Positions 47,284-47,336 of a stretch of 47,336 nt of DNA are shown in pieces. Made by a program: the position numbers and the translations under genes. Origin of the DNA: Candidatus Altarchaeum sp. Lineage in GTDB: Archaea > Altiarchaeota > Altiarchaeia > Altiarchaeales > Altiarchaeaceae. The notes beneath the pieces are model-generated. The model saw nothing but the letters and a program-made list of their open reading frames with translations. It ran no database searches and was not told where the DNA came from. How positions within the stretch are numbered: the first letter of the stretch is position 1; every line of letters starts with the position of its first letter. Location: the NCBI GenBank assembly GCA_018260615.1, contig JAGWDQ010000080.1:1-47336 (forward strand). The letters run 5' to 3'.

Positions 47284-47336
47284 AAAATCAAAATTTAACT
47301 TATCAAAAATGATTTCAAAAAGATCTTTGTCATTTT
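47283..47336 (+). repeat. Second copy of the 54-bp repeat, with a probable gene start at 47309 continuing beyond the window
   Basis: Identical to 43875-43928. Confidence 0.9.

Overview
AT-rich archaeal chromosomal window (about 30% GC by eye). It carries archaeal NAC, a PurP-family ligase, RNase Z, an HPS-RraA fusion and an intronless tRNA-Lys(UUU). The gene repertoire is methanogen-like in part; an Altiarchaeota-like host is my unverified guess. Housekeeping genes (M42 peptidase, purE, rnz, pssA, mvk, chorismate mutase, ppsA, nac, purP-family, ychF, metE-like) are interleaved with accessory cassettes. The main result is a 13.5-kb divergently transcribed 10-gene locus (9560-23126) encoding three different tubulin/FtsZ-superfamily proteins. 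One is a 988-aa protein with FtsZl1/Tubulin_2-like motifs and three predicted coiled-coil segments. One is a 413-aa protein whose T3 and T7 loops look degenerate. One is a 393-aa CetZ/FtsZ-like protein with an intact DxAD T7 loop. The locus also encodes six predicted membrane or exported proteins and one soluble helical protein, suggesting a membrane-linked, possibly heteropolymeric cytoskeletal or envelope-remodelling system (inference). A second pattern is that gene termini are duplicated at five places (mvk 5', mvk 3', metE 5', ychF 5', and an unknown gene at the right edge), four of them flanking accessory cassettes, with no integrase in the window. A third is a modular intergenic hairpin repeat with covarying stems, plus a ~400-bp non-coding region with nested inverted repeats. 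No CRISPR array, rRNA or intact transposase was seen. Family assignments come from motif recognition only; no database search was run.
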